From Eledone cirrhosa (lineage: Eukaryota): DNA of 64,000 nt. The position numbers and the translations under genes are program-made. The stretch spans positions 286,192,001 to 286,256,000 of the forward strand of contig OZ024740.1 in NCBI GenBank assembly GCA_964016885.1, read 5' to 3'. Shown piece after piece: positions 61,333 through 64,000 of the stretch; the stretch's first letter is position 1; each line of letters opens with the position of its first letter. The notes under the pieces are model-generated. The model made no database searches, was not told where the DNA came from, and worked only from the letters and a program-made list of their open reading frames with translations.

Positions 61333-62984
61333 AGAAAGAATTTTTGATACCAAACAATTCATCCCTGGTTCTATGATACAGTATTTATATTTATCTAAAA
61401 GCATTTCATCCTAATTTCATGTGAGATCCTTTAGGTTATACTCCAAATTATTAAATCCTTCCAAATTCTTGATTATTTAAAAAATTATTTGAAAATTACA
61501 GAAATATGCTATGATATAGTCATCTTTCTGAGTAACAGGATTAGCTGTCATCAATTTTACTAAACATTCCATTGTGTGTTAGTGTGATTTATCAAATACT
61601 GTTGTTCCAGATTATCCAGTCTCATTTTGGCTGTTCAGCCAGCCCCAGGTCAACATTAAATAATCAGACCAATTGATCAAAGGTGTTCCAGCCTGGTTTT
61701 TTTTTTGTTTTTATAGTGTAGTGTATCTACAAGTACATAATCCAATTTATCAACCTTTGTTGTAACATGAACAGAACATTTAATTGCAGTAGTTATTTCT
61801 TCACTGCTTTCAGTCTTAGATTTGTTTCTTGCCATGCTAGTGAAGTTTAATTCCTACAGGTGTTAATTTTAAAGTAATCATATAGCTTGCATACAGATTA
61901 CTTAGCTGTATGTAGCAACCTAGTTTAGAAATTCAAATGCACTGGTAATATTTAATTGCATTTCTGGACAAAACACTATTCTACATTACTTCAGTTACCA
62001 AGTTGTAACAAATAGGTACCAGATCACTTGGTGAATGGCAATCTATCCAGAGCAAGATTTATTTCTTGTAAAGTGCTTACAAAAGTCATTTGTAATGTAA
62101 GAGACATTACTGCAGCTTACAGCAGTTGGTTGAATTTTCTGGTTGTATCTTTTGATATCTAGTTCAGTATTTTAGCCAGAGGCACAGTGCACTATTGATG
62201 ACAAGACATGAACTACCAACCTTTTTCTGTTAATAACATAACATCTTATCAATATAGCTCTCAAATACATATCAAAAGAAACTGGAAACAACAAAGAACA
62301 GGAGAAACATTTATTCAAACATTTATGAAGGATTTATGAAGTAATAATTGGAATAAGATAGATGGAGATGAGAGTGGGGAAATAATGTCTTGGTTAGAAA
62401 AAGAGAAGCAAATAGTGGAAAAGTGAGTGTGTGGCATCCTTGCCTTTCTCAAGGGTGTCAGCAATTACAAGTTTTCTGGGTGTTTCAACTGGGAATCAAA
62501 ACTTAACAACGATCTAGAAAATTTAAATATTAGGTTTTCTTTTCTTCAACTAGGCAAAAAAGCCTTATGGTTTTAGGCCAAGGAAAGAAGTGGGAAACTG
62601 TGATGGTCATGCTCTAGGACAGTAGTGATAAAAGTAAAGTAAAATGGTTTTATCTAAGTATTGAAACCATGTCATGGTGTTGACTTGTTGGGAGCTTACC
62701 ACTTGCTCTGTTATGTTTGCCACACGGAATTTATATACATTGGTTTATCTTTTGTTGACACACAAAAGCCTTTTATTTTAGGGAAGAAAGAAATGCACAT
62801 TGTGGCATATATACCTTTCCCAGGAGTAACATAAGAGGAAAACATTCAATGTGCCAGAATTCTTGTAGAAAGACCAGTATTTATGCCTTTCAAGGGTATT
62901 ATTGACATCAATAAAATAATTCAGAACCAGGTTACACAAACACATCCATAGTTTGTTGGGAGTTTATAACAATATTAATTACAA

Positions 62985-63790
62985 TAGACTGGCTACCCAA
63001 AGGAACTCCTGTATGCAGGTGATGTAACCCTCAGAGCTGAATCCATGGCAGAATTAGAAAATAAATTCCAAACCCGGAAGCATGGTCTAGAATCAAAAGG
63101 TCTTAAAGTTAACTTGACAAAGACTGAAGTCCTAGTATGTAGAAAGGAAAGCAGGACCCAAATTCCCTCAGAGAAATGGCCTTGCTCAGTGTGCATGTAA
63201 GGAGTAGGTAGAAATTCCATCCACTGTCCCAAATGCAAACCATGGGTACATAAAAGATACTAGCTCATTCATATGCGCAGAGGGCTCTGTAGAAATAGTT
63301 GACAGTTTCCATTACCTAGGTGACCATATTAGTAGTGGAGGAGGGGCGGAGAAAGTTATGAGAGCTACTAGCTACAAAAAATGTTTCCCTTAAAATGAAG
63401 GGCAGATTGTATGATGCATATATATGAACTGCAATGTTTCATAGTAGTGAGACCTGGGTACTGTATGCAGAGGACCTACAATGAGTGGAAATAAATGAAG
63501 CATGCATGCTCTGATGGATCTTCAATACATGAATGGCAAAGCGCAAATGAACCGAGAGAAAAACTGAGTATAAGAGGAATCAGATGCAGTGTGCAGGAGA
63601 GGAGATTGCATTGGTGTGGACATGTAATGCGTATGAAGGATGACAGCTGTATAAAAAGATGCAGAGTGCCCAAAGTTGATAGAAGCTATGAAGTGGACAA
63701 ACCTAGGAAGACTTGGGGTGAGGTGATAAAAGCTGACTTTGCAAAATTGCATCTCTCAAAGACAATGACACATGATTGGTGATCTCCCCA
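62985..63790 (+). mobile_element. Old RTE family 2 RT/C-terminal fragment
   Basis: ELLYAGD, KHGLESKGLKVNL, KWPCSVC, ERRLHWCGHVMRM, KPRKTW. Confidence 0.88.
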
Positions 63791-63805
63791 GTCTCAGCAC
63801 CATAG

Positions 63806-63846
<41 letters not shown>

Positions 63847-63956
63847 CACACACACACTTCATCATCATCATCATCGTGGTTTAATGTTTTCTTTTATATC
63901 TATCTGCATCTATATATATCATCATATATACACATACATATATATTTATCACTTTT

Positions 63957-63999
63957 CCATTACTGGAAGTTTAGGACCAGAGAAACTTTCATCAGATGG
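63957..63999 (-). ncRNA. Decayed hammerhead motif at the window edge
   Basis: Minus strand CCAT-CTGATGA-aag..cc-TAAAC-ttcca-GTA-ATGG. Confidence 0.5.
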
Positions 64000-64000
64000 C

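Overview
AT-rich, microsatellite-laden eukaryotic DNA with no prokaryotic features. The repeat repertoire suggests a mollusc, probably an octopus (inference). Most of the window is transposable elements: two RTE LINE families carrying a PHD-like insert, a Tx1/L1-clade LINE, CRE-like and R4/Dong relics, Penelope-like (GIY-YIG) fragments, two tRNA-derived SINE families, and hAT, Tc1/mariner and piggyBac-type MITEs. The only convincing host coding sequence is a terminal exon encoding the end of a MYND zinc finger (ZMYND10-like, 61236-61332). Weaker exon-like segments may be a decayed gene. Highlights: (1) about a dozen hammerhead-ribozyme (HHR) motifs, intact or decayed, many in short non-coding fold-back elements; one CUGACGA box is shared between two alternative hammerhead folds and one HHR is split by a SINE; (2) an apparently complete RTE with a twin-priming-type 5' inversion; (3) a SINE-Tx1 fusion inside one target-site duplication (TSD), with similar SINE and Tx1 3' tails. 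All calls were made by eye; no searches or folding programs were run.
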